A stretch of DNA of 64,000 bases from an uncultured Chloroflexia bacterium (GTDB lineage Bacteria; Chloroflexota; Chloroflexia; QHBQ01; JADMIH01): NCBI GenBank assembly GCA_963797095.1, contig CAWCNY010000006.1:224001-288000 (forward strand), read 5' to 3'. Numbering within the stretch: position 1 is the stretch's first letter; each line of letters opens with the position of its first letter. Under the pieces are notes generated by a model, which saw nothing but the letters and a program-made list of their open reading frames with translations, had not been told where the DNA came from and made no database searches. Below, piece by piece: positions 48,853 through 58,931 of this stretch. Made by a program: the position numbers and the translations under genes.

Positions 48853-50886
48853 ATGCAAGAGTTCTTCTTGAACATAATATGGGTTGTACCTCTGCTGCCG
48901 TTGCTGGCGTTCGTCATCAATGGGTTGTTCGGCAATAGGCTCGGCAAAGAGGGGCCTGGGCGACCACAGGGATGGCTTGCCGGCTGGCTCGCCACCGGGT
49001 TGGTCTTTGTGTCGTTCCTGGTGGCGGTGGGGGTGTTCATCGACATAGCAAACAGGACTGCCGGTACGCCTTTCGAGTACACACTCTACACGTGGATACC
49101 CTCTGGCGACTTCAAAGTCGATGTAGCATTCCTGGTGGACCCCCTGACGGCGATTATGTTGATGGTGGTGCTGGGCGTAGGCACACTGGTGCACCTCTAT
49201 TCTAACGGCTACATGGCCGACGATGACAGGCCCGACCGGGGCTTCGCCCGCTTCTTCACCTATTTGCCCCTCTTTGTCTTCAGCATGCTGATCCTGGTGC
49301 TGTCGAATAACCTCCTTCTTCTTTTCGTCGGTTGGGAGGCGGTGGGCCTCTGCTCCTATTTGCTGATCGGGTTCTGGTTCAACAAGAAAACGGCCAGCGA
49401 TGCGGCCAAGAAGGCATTTATCGTCAACCGCATCGGCGACTTCGGGTTCACGCTGGGGATCATACTCCTCTTTGTCAATTTCAGCGGGCTGGCAACCGAT
49501 CTGAAATACACCGATATTTTCAGCGCTGCTACCCACATGTTCGAGGAAAACCAGCCTTTGCTGCTGGGTAACATGACCATCATTTGCATCCTCCTCTTCA
49601 TGGGTGCGATGGGCAAGAGCGCGCAATTCCCCCTCCATGTATGGCTGCCCGACGCTATGGAAGGTCCCACGCCTGTTAGCGCCTTGATCCACGCGGCTAC
49701 AATGGTGACCGCGGGCGTGTACATGGTAGCTCGCCTCAACCCGCTGTTCTCGATGGCTCCCGATGCGCTTCTCGTCGTTGCCATTATAGGTACGACCACA
49801 GCAGTACTTGGTTCGACTATTGCCCTGGCCCAGACCGACATCAAACGGGTGGTTGCCTATTCGACAGTCTCACAGCTTGGCTATATGTTCGCGGGCCTGG
49901 GCGTTGGAGCCTGGGCCTCGGCCATCTTCCACCTGATGACGCATGCTTTCTTCAAGGGCCTTCTCTTCCTGGGCTCCGGCTCGGTGATACATGCGATGCA
50001 CCATGCGGGCATCCACGACCCCATAGCCTCGCAGGACATCAGGAACATGGGGCAAATGCGCAAGAGAGTGCCGATCACTTTCTGGACCTTCCTGATAGGC
50101 TCGGCAGCCAACGCGGGTGTGATCCCCCTCGCCGGGTTCTGGTCTAAAGACGAGATTATCGGGAATTCCATCCTCAGAGGCCATTGGGTGGTGGGCGCTC
50201 TGTTGATGGCCGCTGCATTCCTCACAGCCCTCTATATGTTCAGGCTGGTTTTTGTGGTCTTCTATGGAAAGGACAACGTGCCGAAAGAAGCAGCCAAAGT
50301 ATTGGACAGCGAGCGTGTAGAGCGTACTATGCCATTGATCTGGTTGCCGCTGGTGTTGCTGGCGATCCCCGCCGCCTTGATCGGCTTTGTGGGCGTACCA
50401 CCAAACTCCGGCGTTTTCCACCAGTTCATTGAGCCTGTGTTCGCTCCTGGCATCGAGCTAGCGGGCGGTGTAGAACCCAGCGCGGGTTTCACCCAGCCAA
50501 CCATGCTGATCATGCTTATTTCGACTATGGTGGCGATTGGAGGTATCTTCGTCGCCTATCTGGTGTACCGCAGGCGTACCGGTATTCCGGCGGCTCTATC
50601 CGAGAACCTGCCCTGGCTGTACAACGCACTGCTCAATAAATGGTACTTCGATGAGTTTTACCAGAGAGTAGTTGTGGATAGCTTCAAGGCCCTTGCTTAC
50701 TGGTCGTGGCGCTTCGACCAGAAGGTGATAGACGGTGCGGTGAACGGGGTAGCGGACTTCATAGCCGGATTCGGCGGCAGGCTGCGCAGGCTGCAAACCG
50801 GCTTCGTGCAGGGCTACGCGCTAGCCATAGGCGTCGGTGTGCTCCTGCTGGTAACTTACCTGTTCATAATCTTGCCAAAGGGATGA
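48853..50886 (+). CDS. nuoL: NADH-quinone oxidoreductase subunit L
   Basis: GWEAVGLCSYLLIGFW, NRIGD, GKSAQFPLHVWLPDAMEGPTPVSALIHAATMV, HAFFK. Confidence 0.97.
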   Translation: MQEFFLNIIWVVPLLPLLAFVINGLFGNRLGKEGPGRPQGWLAGWLATGLVFVSFLVAVGVFIDIANRTAGTPFEYTLYTWIPSGDFKVDVAFLVDPLTAIMLMVVLGVGTLVHLYSNGYMADDDRPDRGFARFFTYLPLFVFSMLILVLSNNLLLLFVGWEAVGLCSYLLIGFWFNKKTASDAAKKAFIVNRIGDFGFTLGIILLFVNFSGLATDLKYTDIFSAATHMFEENQPLLLGNMTIICILLFMGAMGKSAQFPLHVWLPDAMEGPTPVSALIHAATMVTAGVYMVARLNPLFSMAPDALLVVAIIGTTTAVLGSTIALAQTDIKRVVAYSTVSQLGYMFAGLGVGAWASAIFHLMTHAFFKGLLFLGSGSVIHAMHHAGIHDPIASQDIRNMGQMRKRVPITFWTFLIGSAANAGVIPLAGFWSKDEIIGNSILRGHWVVGALLMAAAFLTALYMFRLVFVVFYGKDNVPKEAAKVLDSERVERTMPLIWLPLVLLAIPAALIGFVGVPPNSGVFHQFIEPVFAPGIELAGGVEPSAGFTQPTMLIMLISTMVAIGGIFVAYLVYRRRTGIPAALSENLPWLYNALLNKWYFDEFYQRVVVDSFKALAYWSWRFDQKVIDGAVNGVADFIAGFGGRLRRLQTGFVQGYALAIGVGVLLLVTYLFIILPKG

Positions 50887-50892
50887 TATATG

Positions 50893-50969
50893 AGTTCCAA
50901 GTTCCAAGTTCCTAGTAGGCGGTGGTCGGAACCAGGAACTAGGAACTTGGAACTAGAAACGTTGAACCA
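50893..50969. repeat. Inverted heptamer arrays (nuoL/nuoM junction)
   Basis: Eleven in-phase 7-mers; perfect 17-bp stem 50900-50916 / 50938-50954. Confidence 0.93.
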
Positions 50970-51001
50970 GGGCTTACAACTCGGGCTGGAGGAGCTTTAT
51001 A

Positions 51002-52567
51002 GTGGATAACAACCTGCTGGACTTGCCCATCCTATCGATTATGGTGTATCTGCCGGCGCTTACGGCAGTGGTGCTGTTGTTCGTAAAGGACAACAGGCTG
51101 ATACGCCGGATCGCTGTGATAGGGGCGGCTCTCGACCTGGCGATTTCGATCATTGCCCTGGCGCTTTACGCCTACTACAAGTGGGGCAGCAGCGGTCCGG
51201 GCAGCTTCGATTTCCAGGAGAACGCCGCCTGGCTGGACAGTCTCAACGTCAGATATCACCTGGGCGCAGACGGTCTCTCCCTGTTGCTGCTGGTACTTAC
51301 CACCCTCCTGACCGTAATCTCTATTCTCGTCTCGTGGGACCCCATCAAGAAGCGCGTGCGCGAATTCTACATCGTGCTCCTCCTACTTGAGGCAGGCATG
51401 ATGGGTGTGTTCGTTTCGCTCGATTTCTTCGTCTTCTACATCTTCTGGGAAGTAATGCTTGTGCCGATGGCCCTTCTGATCGGCATCTGGGGTTCGTCCA
51501 ATCGGGTATACGCGGCTATCAAGTTCTTCCTCTATACGCTGGCAGGCTCGCTGCTCATGCTGGTGGCGATCATCGCCCTCTATTTGCAGCATGGCACCCT
51601 CGATGTCCTCACCCTACAGCAACTTGGCCCCGGCGACCCCCACGACTTCCAGAACTGGGTCTTCCTGGCCTTTGCCGCCGCCTTTGCGATCAAAGTGCCG
51701 ATGTGGCCGTTCCACACGTGGTTGCCCGATGCCCACGTGGAGGCACCCACGGCAGGCTCGATCATCCTGGCGGGGGTGCTGCTTAAGATGGGCGCATACG
51801 GCTTCATCAGGTTCGCCATGCCTATTTCCCCGGCGGGCGCGGCCCAATTTGCGCCGATCATGGTCGGCCTATCGGTGATCGCCATAATCTACGGGGCTTT
51901 GGTTTCGCTGGTGCAGCCCGACCTGAAGAAGCTAATCGCCTATTCGTCGGTAAGCCACATGGGCTTCGTCACGCTGGGCCTTTTTACAGGCATCTGGCTC
52001 AACCAGGAGGGCTACACCCAGGGCACACAGGGTATTGACGGCGCGATAATAGTCATGTTGTCGCACGGCTTCCTGACCGGCGGCCTCTTCCTCTGCGTGG
52101 GTGTGGTCTATAATCGCTTGCACAGCCGTCTGATCGCCGATATGGGCGGCATCGCCAGACCGATGCCGCGCTACGCCTTCTTATTCGGGGTGATGGTGTT
52201 CGGCTCGGTGGGCTTGCCTGGCCTGAGCGGCTTCATAGGCGAGTTTCTCACGATGGTTGGCGCGTTCCGGGCCGACTGGCTGGTGGGCACTATCACATCG
52301 TTCGTGGTTATCCTGGCAGCCTGGTATCTACTGTGGATGTTCCAGCGGGTGGTATTCAATAGAACCGCGCCGGCAGTGCGCAATTTCAAAGACGCTGATG
52401 CCATAGAAACAGGCTCGTTGGTGGTGCTGGGCGCACTCAGCCTGCTCGTGGGGGTCTACCCAGGTCCCTTGCTCGACTTCCTGCACCCGGCCACTCAAAC
52501 CTTGCTGACAACGGTTTCGGCCCAGGTGCCGAAGGTGGTGACGCTATCGCAGTTGTTCTTCAGGTAG
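51002..52567 (+). CDS. nuoM: NADH-quinone oxidoreductase subunit M
   Basis: FYIFWEVMLVP, KVPMWPFHTWLPDAHVEAPT, LLKMG, IAYSSVSHMG, SHG, PGLSGFIGEF. Confidence 0.97.
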   Translation: MDNNLLDLPILSIMVYLPALTAVVLLFVKDNRLIRRIAVIGAALDLAISIIALALYAYYKWGSSGPGSFDFQENAAWLDSLNVRYHLGADGLSLLLLVLTTLLTVISILVSWDPIKKRVREFYIVLLLLEAGMMGVFVSLDFFVFYIFWEVMLVPMALLIGIWGSSNRVYAAIKFFLYTLAGSLLMLVAIIALYLQHGTLDVLTLQQLGPGDPHDFQNWVFLAFAAAFAIKVPMWPFHTWLPDAHVEAPTAGSIILAGVLLKMGAYGFIRFAMPISPAGAAQFAPIMVGLSVIAIIYGALVSLVQPDLKKLIAYSSVSHMGFVTLGLFTGIWLNQEGYTQGTQGIDGAIIVMLSHGFLTGGLFLCVGVVYNRLHSRLIADMGGIARPMPRYAFLFGVMVFGSVGLPGLSGFIGEFLTMVGAFRADWLVGTITSFVVILAAWYLLWMFQRVVFNRTAPAVRNFKDADAIETGSLVVLGALSLLVGVYPGPLLDFLHPATQTLLTTVSAQVPKVVTLSQLFFR

Positions 52568-52580
52568 CCGGGGGATGGGG

Positions 52581-52657
52581 GAGTGGCGAGTGGCGAGTGG
52601 CGAGTGACCAGCAACCAGCAACCAGCAACTATAGTCCGACTACCGACTACCGCTCAT
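52581..52657. repeat. Mixed heptamer tract (nuoM/nuoN junction)
   Basis: gagtggc x3 gagtgac cagcaac x3 tatagtc cgactac x2, all in one 7-nt phase. Confidence 0.92.
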
Positions 52658-52667
52658 TGGGGGAGCT

Positions 52668-54197
52668 ATGACGATTGACTACAACGGGATAAACCTCAAC
52701 ATAGAAGCCATACTGCCTGAGTTGATAGTGACGGTATTCGCCATTATCACCATCTTCGTTGACCTCTTCATACGGGGGCGGCAGAACAAGAGCCAACTGC
52801 TGGCAGGCATCAGCATTGTAGGCTATGTGCTGGCCTTTGCCGTGTGCATCCTCTATTTCGACAACAATATCGGCAGCCCGATCTTCAACCAGCAATCGTT
52901 CAACAACATGATCGTCACGGACAACCTGGGCTTGTTCTTCAGGATGCTCTCGCTGGGCACGGCTATCGTTGCCACCCTGCTATCCGTACAGTATGTGCAA
53001 GACCGGGGGCTGGCGCAGGGCGAATACTATGCGGTGCTGGCTCTCGCCACCGTGGGTATGATGTTCACCTCGGCCTCTACCGACCTCACGACACTCTTCG
53101 TGGGGATCGAGTTGATGTCTATCTCGGTCTACATACTCACGGGCTTCGCGCGCACCGACAAGCTATCCAATGAAGCGGCGATCAAATACTTTCTCCTGGG
53201 GGTCTTTTCCACTGCTATCCTTGTGTACGGTATGGCCTGGCTATACGGCATGACTGGCTATACCAACCTGCGCCTGATAGGCTCCAAGATAGAGGAGATA
53301 ATCACCGCGGGTGGTGGGCTGACCACCAATGCCGGGGTGCTCCTGGCGATGCTGCTGCTGATCGCGGGCCTGGGCTTCAAGATCGCGGCGGTGCCCTTCC
53401 ATATGTGGACGCCCGACGCTTACCAGGGCGCGCCTACCCCTATTACTGCTTTCATGTCGGTTGGTCCCAAGGCAGCAGGCTTCGCGGCCACCATCCGCAT
53501 ATTGACAGAGGCTCTTGGCCCCGCGTGGGACCAGTGGGTGCCTATCATCGCCTTGTTGAGTATCGCCACGATGACGCTGGGTAATGTTACAGCCGTGCTC
53601 CAACGGTCGGTGAAGCGTATGCTGGCCTATTCGTCCATAGCCCACACCGGCTACATTCTGATCGGCCTGGCGGCCTTCTCTATGACCAACCAGCAGAACT
53701 CCATCTCCTCGATACTGTTCTACCTTTTCTCCTATCTGTTTATGAATATGGGCGCGTTCGGGGTGGTGATATGGCTCCAGAGGAACGGCCTGACCGACTC
53801 GCTCGACAGCTTCAGGGGCCTTTCAAGCTGGGCTCCCGGCCCCGCTGCTTTGATGATGTTCTTCCTCCTCTCTCTGACGGGCATACCGCCAACCATAGGC
53901 TTCCTGGGTAAATATTATGTGTTCACGGCTGCACTGAACTCAGGGTTGGTGTGGCTGGTCGTTATAGGCGCTCTCAACAGCGCTGTGGCGGCGTTCTACT
54001 ACCTCCGTATCATCTGGTTCATGTACTTCGAGGAGCCACGTACAGCCCGTGTGCAGCGCTCTTCGCCCGCCGTTGTCTATACACTTGTAGGTGCTGCCAT
54101 CGCGGTGCTGCTTTTCTTCTTCGTGTCGTGGCCTATCATTGACTACGCCAAGAACTCGCTGCCTACCATAGTGGCCGTCCTGGCCGGAGGCAAGTAG
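52668..54197 (+). CDS. nuoN: NADH-quinone oxidoreductase subunit N
   Basis: GIELMSI, EAAIKYF, FKIAAVPFHMWTPDAYQGAP, KRMLAYSSIAH, GIPPT.GF.GK, YYLR. Confidence 0.97.
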   Translation: MTIDYNGINLNIEAILPELIVTVFAIITIFVDLFIRGRQNKSQLLAGISIVGYVLAFAVCILYFDNNIGSPIFNQQSFNNMIVTDNLGLFFRMLSLGTAIVATLLSVQYVQDRGLAQGEYYAVLALATVGMMFTSASTDLTTLFVGIELMSISVYILTGFARTDKLSNEAAIKYFLLGVFSTAILVYGMAWLYGMTGYTNLRLIGSKIEEIITAGGGLTTNAGVLLAMLLLIAGLGFKIAAVPFHMWTPDAYQGAPTPITAFMSVGPKAAGFAATIRILTEALGPAWDQWVPIIALLSIATMTLGNVTAVLQRSVKRMLAYSSIAHTGYILIGLAAFSMTNQQNSISSILFYLFSYLFMNMGAFGVVIWLQRNGLTDSLDSFRGLSSWAPGPAALMMFFLLSLTGIPPTIGFLGKYYVFTAALNSGLVWLVVIGALNSAVAAFYYLRIIWFMYFEEPRTARVQRSSPAVVYTLVGAAIAVLLFFFVSWPIIDYAKNSLPTIVAVLAGGK

Positions 54198-54247
54198 CCT
54201 CTTTAATTCCGAGTTCCGAGTGCAAAGGCGCGGAGGACGCTGAGGGT

Positions 54248-54478
54248 TTCGATATTTATTCGCCTTTCCTTGGCCTCATGCCTTTTGCTTATGCATATAT
54301 GGCAGGCTGAGCGATCGTGTTCGCCATTCTGGGCTGGCGCTGGCGCACCTCACACCTTATCTACACCCTGCGACTTACGGGCGAATTCGGCCGCCCGAAC
54401 GCCCTGGCTACCATGGACGAGGTTTATATCAAGGTCGTGATGCGTGCCCTCCAGAGGGGTATTCGCGACAACAGATAA
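54248..54478 (+). pseudogene. Possible decayed small membrane-protein gene
   Basis: Frame reads FDIYSPFLGLMPFAYAYMAG*AIVFAILGWRW..YTLRLTG..ALATMDEVYIKVVMRAL; internal stop and no start. Confidence 0.3.
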
Positions 54479-54527
54479 GCGTAAGTTTCCCTCATTAAGT
54501 TCGGCCCATCCACCGGCCTCCAATCTT

Positions 54528-54589
54528 TAGAACATATTTACTAAAACCATGTGTAAAACATGGCGAAAATTGCGTGAATCGGGTATAAT
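54528..54589 (+). promoter_or_regulatory. Candidate LexA box and sigma70 promoter of gyrA
   Basis: TAGAACATATTTACTA (54528-54543), 2 mismatches from the palindrome TAGAACATATGTTCTA; TGGCGA-17 bp-TATAAT at 54561-54589. Confidence 0.5.
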
Positions 54590-54647
54590 GGAATGACGCA
54601 CATATAATAATGTAGCCAGCTACCAGCATTGGAGGAACCGGAACAGC

Positions 54648-57437
54648 ATGGAATTAGGCACAATTAGAACCGTCAATCTCGACAGCGAGATGAGATCGGC
54701 TTACCTCGATTACGCCATGAGCGTGATCGTGGCCCGCGCCCTGCCCGATGTGCGCGACGGTATGAAACCCGTCCAGAGGCGTATCATGTACGCCATGCAC
54801 CGCATGGGCCTGCGCCACAACACCCCCTATCGTAAGAGCGCCGGTATCGTCGGCGAGGTGCTCAAAGAGTTCCACCCTCACGGTGATGCATCAGTTTACG
54901 ATGCCCTGGCCCGTATGGCCCAGGATTTCTCACTGCGCTACCCGCTTGTTGACGGTCAAGGCAACTGGGGTAGCGTCGACGGAGACCCACCTGCCGCCAT
55001 GAGGTATACGGAAGCCAAGCTCTCGGAAATTGCGGGCGAGTTGCTGGTAGATATAGACAAAGAAACGGTAGATTACCAGCCCAACTACGACGACAAGACC
55101 CAGGAGCCGAAGGTGCTTCCTGCCCGCCTGCCTAATATGCTCCTGAATGGTGCTTCGGGCATCGCTGTTGGCATGGCTACCAACATCCCGCCCCACAATC
55201 TGAGCGAGCTTGCCGACGCCATCATGCACCTGATCGATAACCAGGACGCGACGGTCGAAGACCTCATGAAGCATGTGCCCGGCCCCGATTTCCCGACGGG
55301 CGGCATCATCCTGGGCGTTGAAGGCATCCGAGAGGCCTATGCCACCGGCAAAGGCCGCGTGATCGTGCGGGCGAAAGCCTACATCGAGGAGAGCCGCGCT
55401 GGTCGCTATAGCATCATCGTCACCGAGTTGCCTTTCCAGGTAAACAAAGCCAGCCTTCACGAAAAGATCGCTGAGCTAATCTCAGACGATAGGTTGCCCG
55501 GTGCAAGCCTGGTGCGCGACGAGTCTGACCGCAACGGCATGCGCCTGGTGGTCGAGCTAAAGCGCGACGCGCAGCCCAAGAAGGTGCTCAACCTCCTCTT
55601 CAAATACACCGCCATGCAGTCCACCTTCGGCGTGAACATGGTAGCTCTGGTAAACGGCAACGAGCCGCGCGTACTGCCCCTCAAAAAGTCGCTGCTATAC
55701 TATATAGATTGGCGTCTTGAGGTTGTCACCAGGCGTACCCGCTATGAACTCAAGAAGGCCCAGGAGCGTGCCCATATCCTCGAAGGACTAAAGATAGCGC
55801 TGGATAACCTGGACGCGGTTATAGCAACCATACGGGCCAGCAGGACCACCAATTCGGCCAAGAGCAACCTGCGCACCCAGTTCAAGCTCTCGGATGTGCA
55901 GGCCCAGGCAATCCTCGATATGAGGCTGGCGCGGCTGGCCGCTCTTGAGCGCAAAAAGATCGAAGATGAGTACATCTCTGTGATCAAAGAGATCGGTTAC
56001 CTTGAGGACCTCTTATCGCACCCTCAGAAGATGTACAACCTGATCAAGACCGACCTGAAGGACCTGAAAGAGAAGTACGGCGATGAGCGCAGGACCCGCA
56101 TAGTTGAGACCGCAGCGGGCGAGTTCAGCGAGGAAGACCTGATCCCCGACATCCAGGTGCTCGTCACGATCACCGACAGAGGCTATGTCAAGCGACTGCC
56201 ACATGACACCTACAAGCGGCAGAACCGTGGCGGCAGGGGTATAGTCGGCATGGTGACACGCGATATGGATGCTGTGCAGCACATGATCACCTGCAATACG
56301 CTCGACAACCTTCTTTTCCTCACTAACAGAGGGAAGGTGTACCAGCTAAAGGCGCATGAAGTGCCCGATGCCAGCAGGCAGGCCAAGGGACTCCCTCTGG
56401 TGAACCTGGTATCGCTGGAGCCTAATGAGCTTGTAACGGGCTTGATCTCCATACGCGACTTCCAGAACGACGGCGCTTACCTGGTGCTTGCCACCAAGCA
56501 GGGCAAGATCAAGAAGACCGCCCTCAGCGAATATAGCTCGGTGCGCTCCACGGGCATCATAGCCCTTAACCTGGAGCCAGGCGATGAGCTTTCAGCCTCA
56601 CGCCTTTCCCACGGCAACGGCGATATAATTGTTGCCACGCGCAAGGGGCAGGCGATTCGCTTCTCCGAGAAACTGGTGCGCCCTATGGGCAGAGCCACTG
56701 CGGGCGTAGCCGCCATAAGATTAAGGTCGGGCGACGAAGTGATCGGGATGGACGTAATCCACCCCGATTCCAATGCCTCGCTCTTGATCGTGACCAGCAA
56801 GGGTATGGGCAAGCGAACTCATCTCAAGGAATTCCCGCGCCAGGGCCGAGCAGGTGGAGGCGTGCGCGCTATCACTGTGATCGCCAAAGGTGGTCCGGTC
56901 CGGGTGGCACGCGTGGTCAATCCCGACGACGATCTGGTTGTGATCTCAAACAACGGCCAGGTGATCAGGATGTTTGTCGATGGCATTCCTCACAAAGGCC
57001 GGCCGGCACAGGGCGTCGCCGTGATGAACATGCGCGAGAAGGACGAGGTGGCCTCCATAGCCCGTATGCCACGCACTGACAAGACGGGCAAGATGCTCAG
57101 CGATGAAGATCTTGAGGTTCTGAGCGAGGACGAGATAGAAGCCGGTGTAAACGGGAAGGCAGATCGCGCTGCGACATCCAGGCCGGCGGTTGCCGTCAAG
57201 ACACCAACCAACAGGTCTACACCTAGAACGTCAGCTACAAAAGTTACCCAGGCATCGCCCGCGAGAAAACCGGCGGCCAGGGTCGCGACACCTAAGGTAG
57301 AAGCAGCACCGCCGCCAGCGCAACCCGCTACGACGAGGACCCGCTCTGCTCCTGGGCCTTCAACGAATGGCAGGACCAACGGCAAAGCCGAACCGGTGGG
57401 TGCGGCACCTACTACCAGAACACGCACGAAGAAATAG
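54648..57437 (+). CDS. gyrA: DNA gyrase subunit A
   Basis: [35 protein letters not shown], GyrA-box QNRGGRG, beta-pinwheel repeats. Confidence 0.98.
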   Translation: MELGTIRTVNLDSEMRSAYLDYAMSVIVARALPDVRDGMKPVQRRIMYAMHRMGLRHNTPYRKSAGIVGEVLKEFHPHGDASVYDALARMAQDFSLRYPLVDGQGNWGSVDGDPPAAMRYTEAKLSEIAGELLVDIDKETVDYQPNYDDKTQEPKVLPARLPNMLLNGASGIAVGMATNIPPHNLSELADAIMHLIDNQDATVEDLMKHVPGPDFPTGGIILGVEGIREAYATGKGRVIVRAKAYIEESRAGRYSIIVTELPFQVNKASLHEKIAELISDDRLPGASLVRDESDRNGMRLVVELKRDAQPKKVLNLLFKYTAMQSTFGVNMVALVNGNEPRVLPLKKSLLYYIDWRLEVVTRRTRYELKKAQERAHILEGLKIALDNLDAVIATIRASRTTNSAKSNLRTQFKLSDVQAQAILDMRLARLAALERKKIEDEYISVIKEIGYLEDLLSHPQKMYNLIKTDLKDLKEKYGDERRTRIVETAAGEFSEEDLIPDIQVLVTITDRGYVKRLPHDTYKRQNRGGRGIVGMVTRDMDAVQHMITCNTLDNLLFLTNRGKVYQLKAHEVPDASRQAKGLPLVNLVSLEPNELVTGLISIRDFQNDGAYLVLATKQGKIKKTALSEYSSVRSTGIIALNLEPGDELSASRLSHGNGDIIVATRKGQAIRFSEKLVRPMGRATAGVAAIRLRSGDEVIGMDVIHPDSNASLLIVTSKGMGKRTHLKEFPRQGRAGGGVRAITVIAKGGPVRVARVVNPDDDLVVISNNGQVIRMFVDGIPHKGRPAQGVAVMNMREKDEVASIARMPRTDKTGKMLSDEDLEVLSEDEIEAGVNGKADRAATSRPAVAVKTPTNRSTPRTSATKVTQASPARKPAARVATPKVEAAPPPAQPATTRTRSAPGPSTNGRTNGKAEPVGAAPTTRTRTKK

Positions 57438-57456
57438 ACAGCCCTTCTTAAAGATT

Positions 57457-57487
57457 GAAACCGGGTCGCCTTTGACCCGGTTTCTTA
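57457..57487 (+). terminator. Terminator after gyrA
   Basis: GAAACCGGGTC-gccttt-GACCCGGTTTC-TT. Confidence 0.8.
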
Positions 57488-57567
57488 GCGCAGTATTCCT
57501 TTGTTCTTCCAAAAAGCAAGAACCCCCGTGCGCGGGGGTTCCTATTAGACACGCTCCGTGTTCCAGA

Positions 57568-57732
57568 TTAGTTGGTGACGAGACCGGAGCTGATCTGGGA
57601 GAAGGTGCTGCCGACCTGCTGACCCAGGAAGGTCAGGATCAGGATTACGACGATGGCGATCAGGACGAGAATAAGAGCGTACTCTACCAGGCCCTGGCCT
57701 TTCTTCTTCAACTGCTCAATCTTAGCGCGCAT
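57568..57732 (-). CDS. flp: Flp family type IVb pilin, copy 1 (54 aa, missed by the ORF track)
   Basis: MRAKIEQLKKKG/QGLVEYALILVLIAIVVI...; GGAGG RBS; own downstream hairpin at 57521-57540. Confidence 0.93.
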   Translation of the reverse strand: MRAKIEQLKKKGQGLVEYALILVLIAIVVILILTFLGQQVGSTFSQISSGLVTN

Positions 57733-57819
57733 TATGTTTGCCTCCAATTTAGATAATAGCTTTGGATAATTGTTGTGGCGCAGTTGGCACTATTATTGAC
57801 CGCGCCGGATTACGACTTT

Positions 57820-57898
57820 ATCTTACCCGCACCCCTAGCCTACGTGAATAGCCCTCTATTCCTATTTTGTGCCCGTACTTGCTGGCTATAAAGTCCTA
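57820..57898 (-). promoter_or_regulatory. flp copy 1 promoter with two TAGGA(C/A)-N4 boxes
   Basis: Minus strand: TAGGAC-TTTA-TAGCCA ... TAGGAA-TAGA-GGGCTA abutting TTCACG-17 bp-TAAGAT. Confidence 0.55.
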
Positions 57899-57987
57899 CT
57901 ACGTTCGAAATACCTCTTTTGGGTGAATTAAAAGAAGAACCCCGCGCATTGCGCGGGGTTCCTATTAGACACGCTCCGTGTTCCAGA

Positions 57988-58152
57988 TTAGTTGGTGACG
58001 AGACCGGAGCTGATCTGGGAGAAGGTGCTGCCGACCTGCTGACCCAGGAAGGTCAGGATCAGGATTACGACGATGGCGATCAGGACGAGAATAAGAGCGT
58101 ACTCTACCAGGCCCTGGCCTTTCTTCTTCAACTGCTCAATCTTAGCGCGCAT
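57988..58152 (-). CDS. flp: Flp family type IVb pilin, copy 2 (identical to copy 1)
   Basis: Same 54 aa; own hairpin at 57938-57960. Confidence 0.93.
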   Translation of the reverse strand: MRAKIEQLKKKGQGLVEYALILVLIAIVVILILTFLGQQVGSTFSQISSGLVTN

Positions 58153-58242
58153 TATGTTTGCCTCCAATTTAGATAATAGCTTTGGATAATTCTTTGCGAA
58201 GACCATTTCTTTTGCAGAACACCTGCATTTGCCTTCCAACTT

Positions 58243-58320
58243 AGCATAGCGAGTCCTGCGTGAGGAGTGAATAGCCAACTGGTCCTGCTAATTGGTCAAA
58301 CTGCTAGCAATATGGTCCTA
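58243..58320 (-). promoter_or_regulatory. flp copy 2 promoter with two (T/C)AGGAC-N4 boxes
   Basis: Minus strand: TAGGAC-CATA-TTGCTA ... CAGGAC-CAGT-TGGCTA abutting TTCACT-17 bp-TATGCT. Confidence 0.55.
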
Positions 58321-58355
58321 ACACGATTGGACGCGCTTTCGGCGGTAGATTATGG

Positions 58356-58397
58356 GGAAAGCAAAGAGCCTGCCGGCCGGCAGGCTCTTTGCTTTCC
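58356..58397. terminator. Perfect 42-bp palindrome, probable terminator of flp3
   Basis: GGAAAGCAAAGAGCCTGCCGG|CCGGCAGGCTCTTTGCTTTCC. Confidence 0.8.
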
Positions 58398-58504
58398 AGT
58401 ACGAGATTACAGAGGATAATTACCAGGAGAAGAATAGATAATACCAGGATAATATGTGTTTCGTAGTTGTGACCGTTGATACTCGCCCCTCGATTGCATC
58501 CATC

Positions 58505-58711
58505 TCAAGGTGTTGAAGGGAACCCATCATTCACCTTAGAGTAGAGGTTGGAGAACACCTGCTGTCCAATAAAGGTGAGGATGGCGATGATTACTATGAC
58601 AACCATTGTGATTATCAACGCGTATTCGACCAGTCCCTGCCCTTTGGTATGCAACAGGTTTCGCAACCATTGCCCCGTCTTGTCCCGAGGCCTATTTGAG
58701 CCCAATCTCAC
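58505..58711 (-). CDS. flp: Divergent Flp family pilin (third paralogue)
   Basis: KG/QGLVEYALII followed by a hydrophobic helix; AGGGGG RBS; TTACCG-17 bp-TATATT upstream. Confidence 0.88.
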   Translation of the reverse strand: MRLGSNRPRDKTGQWLRNLLHTKGQGLVEYALIITMVVIVIIAILTFIGQQVFSNLYSKVNDGFPSTP

Positions 58712-58931
58712 TTTTTACCCCCTTTCATGCAGATACGATCTGCAACAGTGTTGTGGGGTGAAGTACCCCACTCTTAATATAGTCATACTGGCTTTTGCCG
58801 GTAATATCCTTATGAGTTATCTTTACTGAGTACCAAGGTACCCTCTTTGGATGGTACCCTGGTACTACTTACAATGTGACAAGTGATTATTGCCTACTGC
58901 GTACTGCCATTTCACCATTCGTCTCAGCGGC

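Larger units (their letters stand above)
57535..58191. repeat. 237-bp identical direct repeat, two copies 420 bp apart
   Basis: 57535-57771 equals 57955-58191; each copy spans a whole flp gene with its RBS. Confidence 0.95.

Noticed and set aside
48853-54197. Chloroflexi-type complex I with duplicated nuoM (2M)
   Set aside because: Only one each of nuoL, nuoM and nuoN.
57785-57799. Sigma54-like TGGCAC-TATTA-TTGA
   Set aside because: Lacks the conserved GC at -12 and points antisense to the flp genes.
57367-58176. Plus-strand ORFs 57367-57756 and 57919-58176 as duplicated acidic proteins
   Set aside because: Antisense shadows of the flp genes, which have RBS, motif and terminators on the minus strand.
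57772-58355. c-di-GMP riboswitches upstream of flp genes
   Set aside because: No GEMM-type conserved motif seen; the shared sequence fits promoter and operator boxes.
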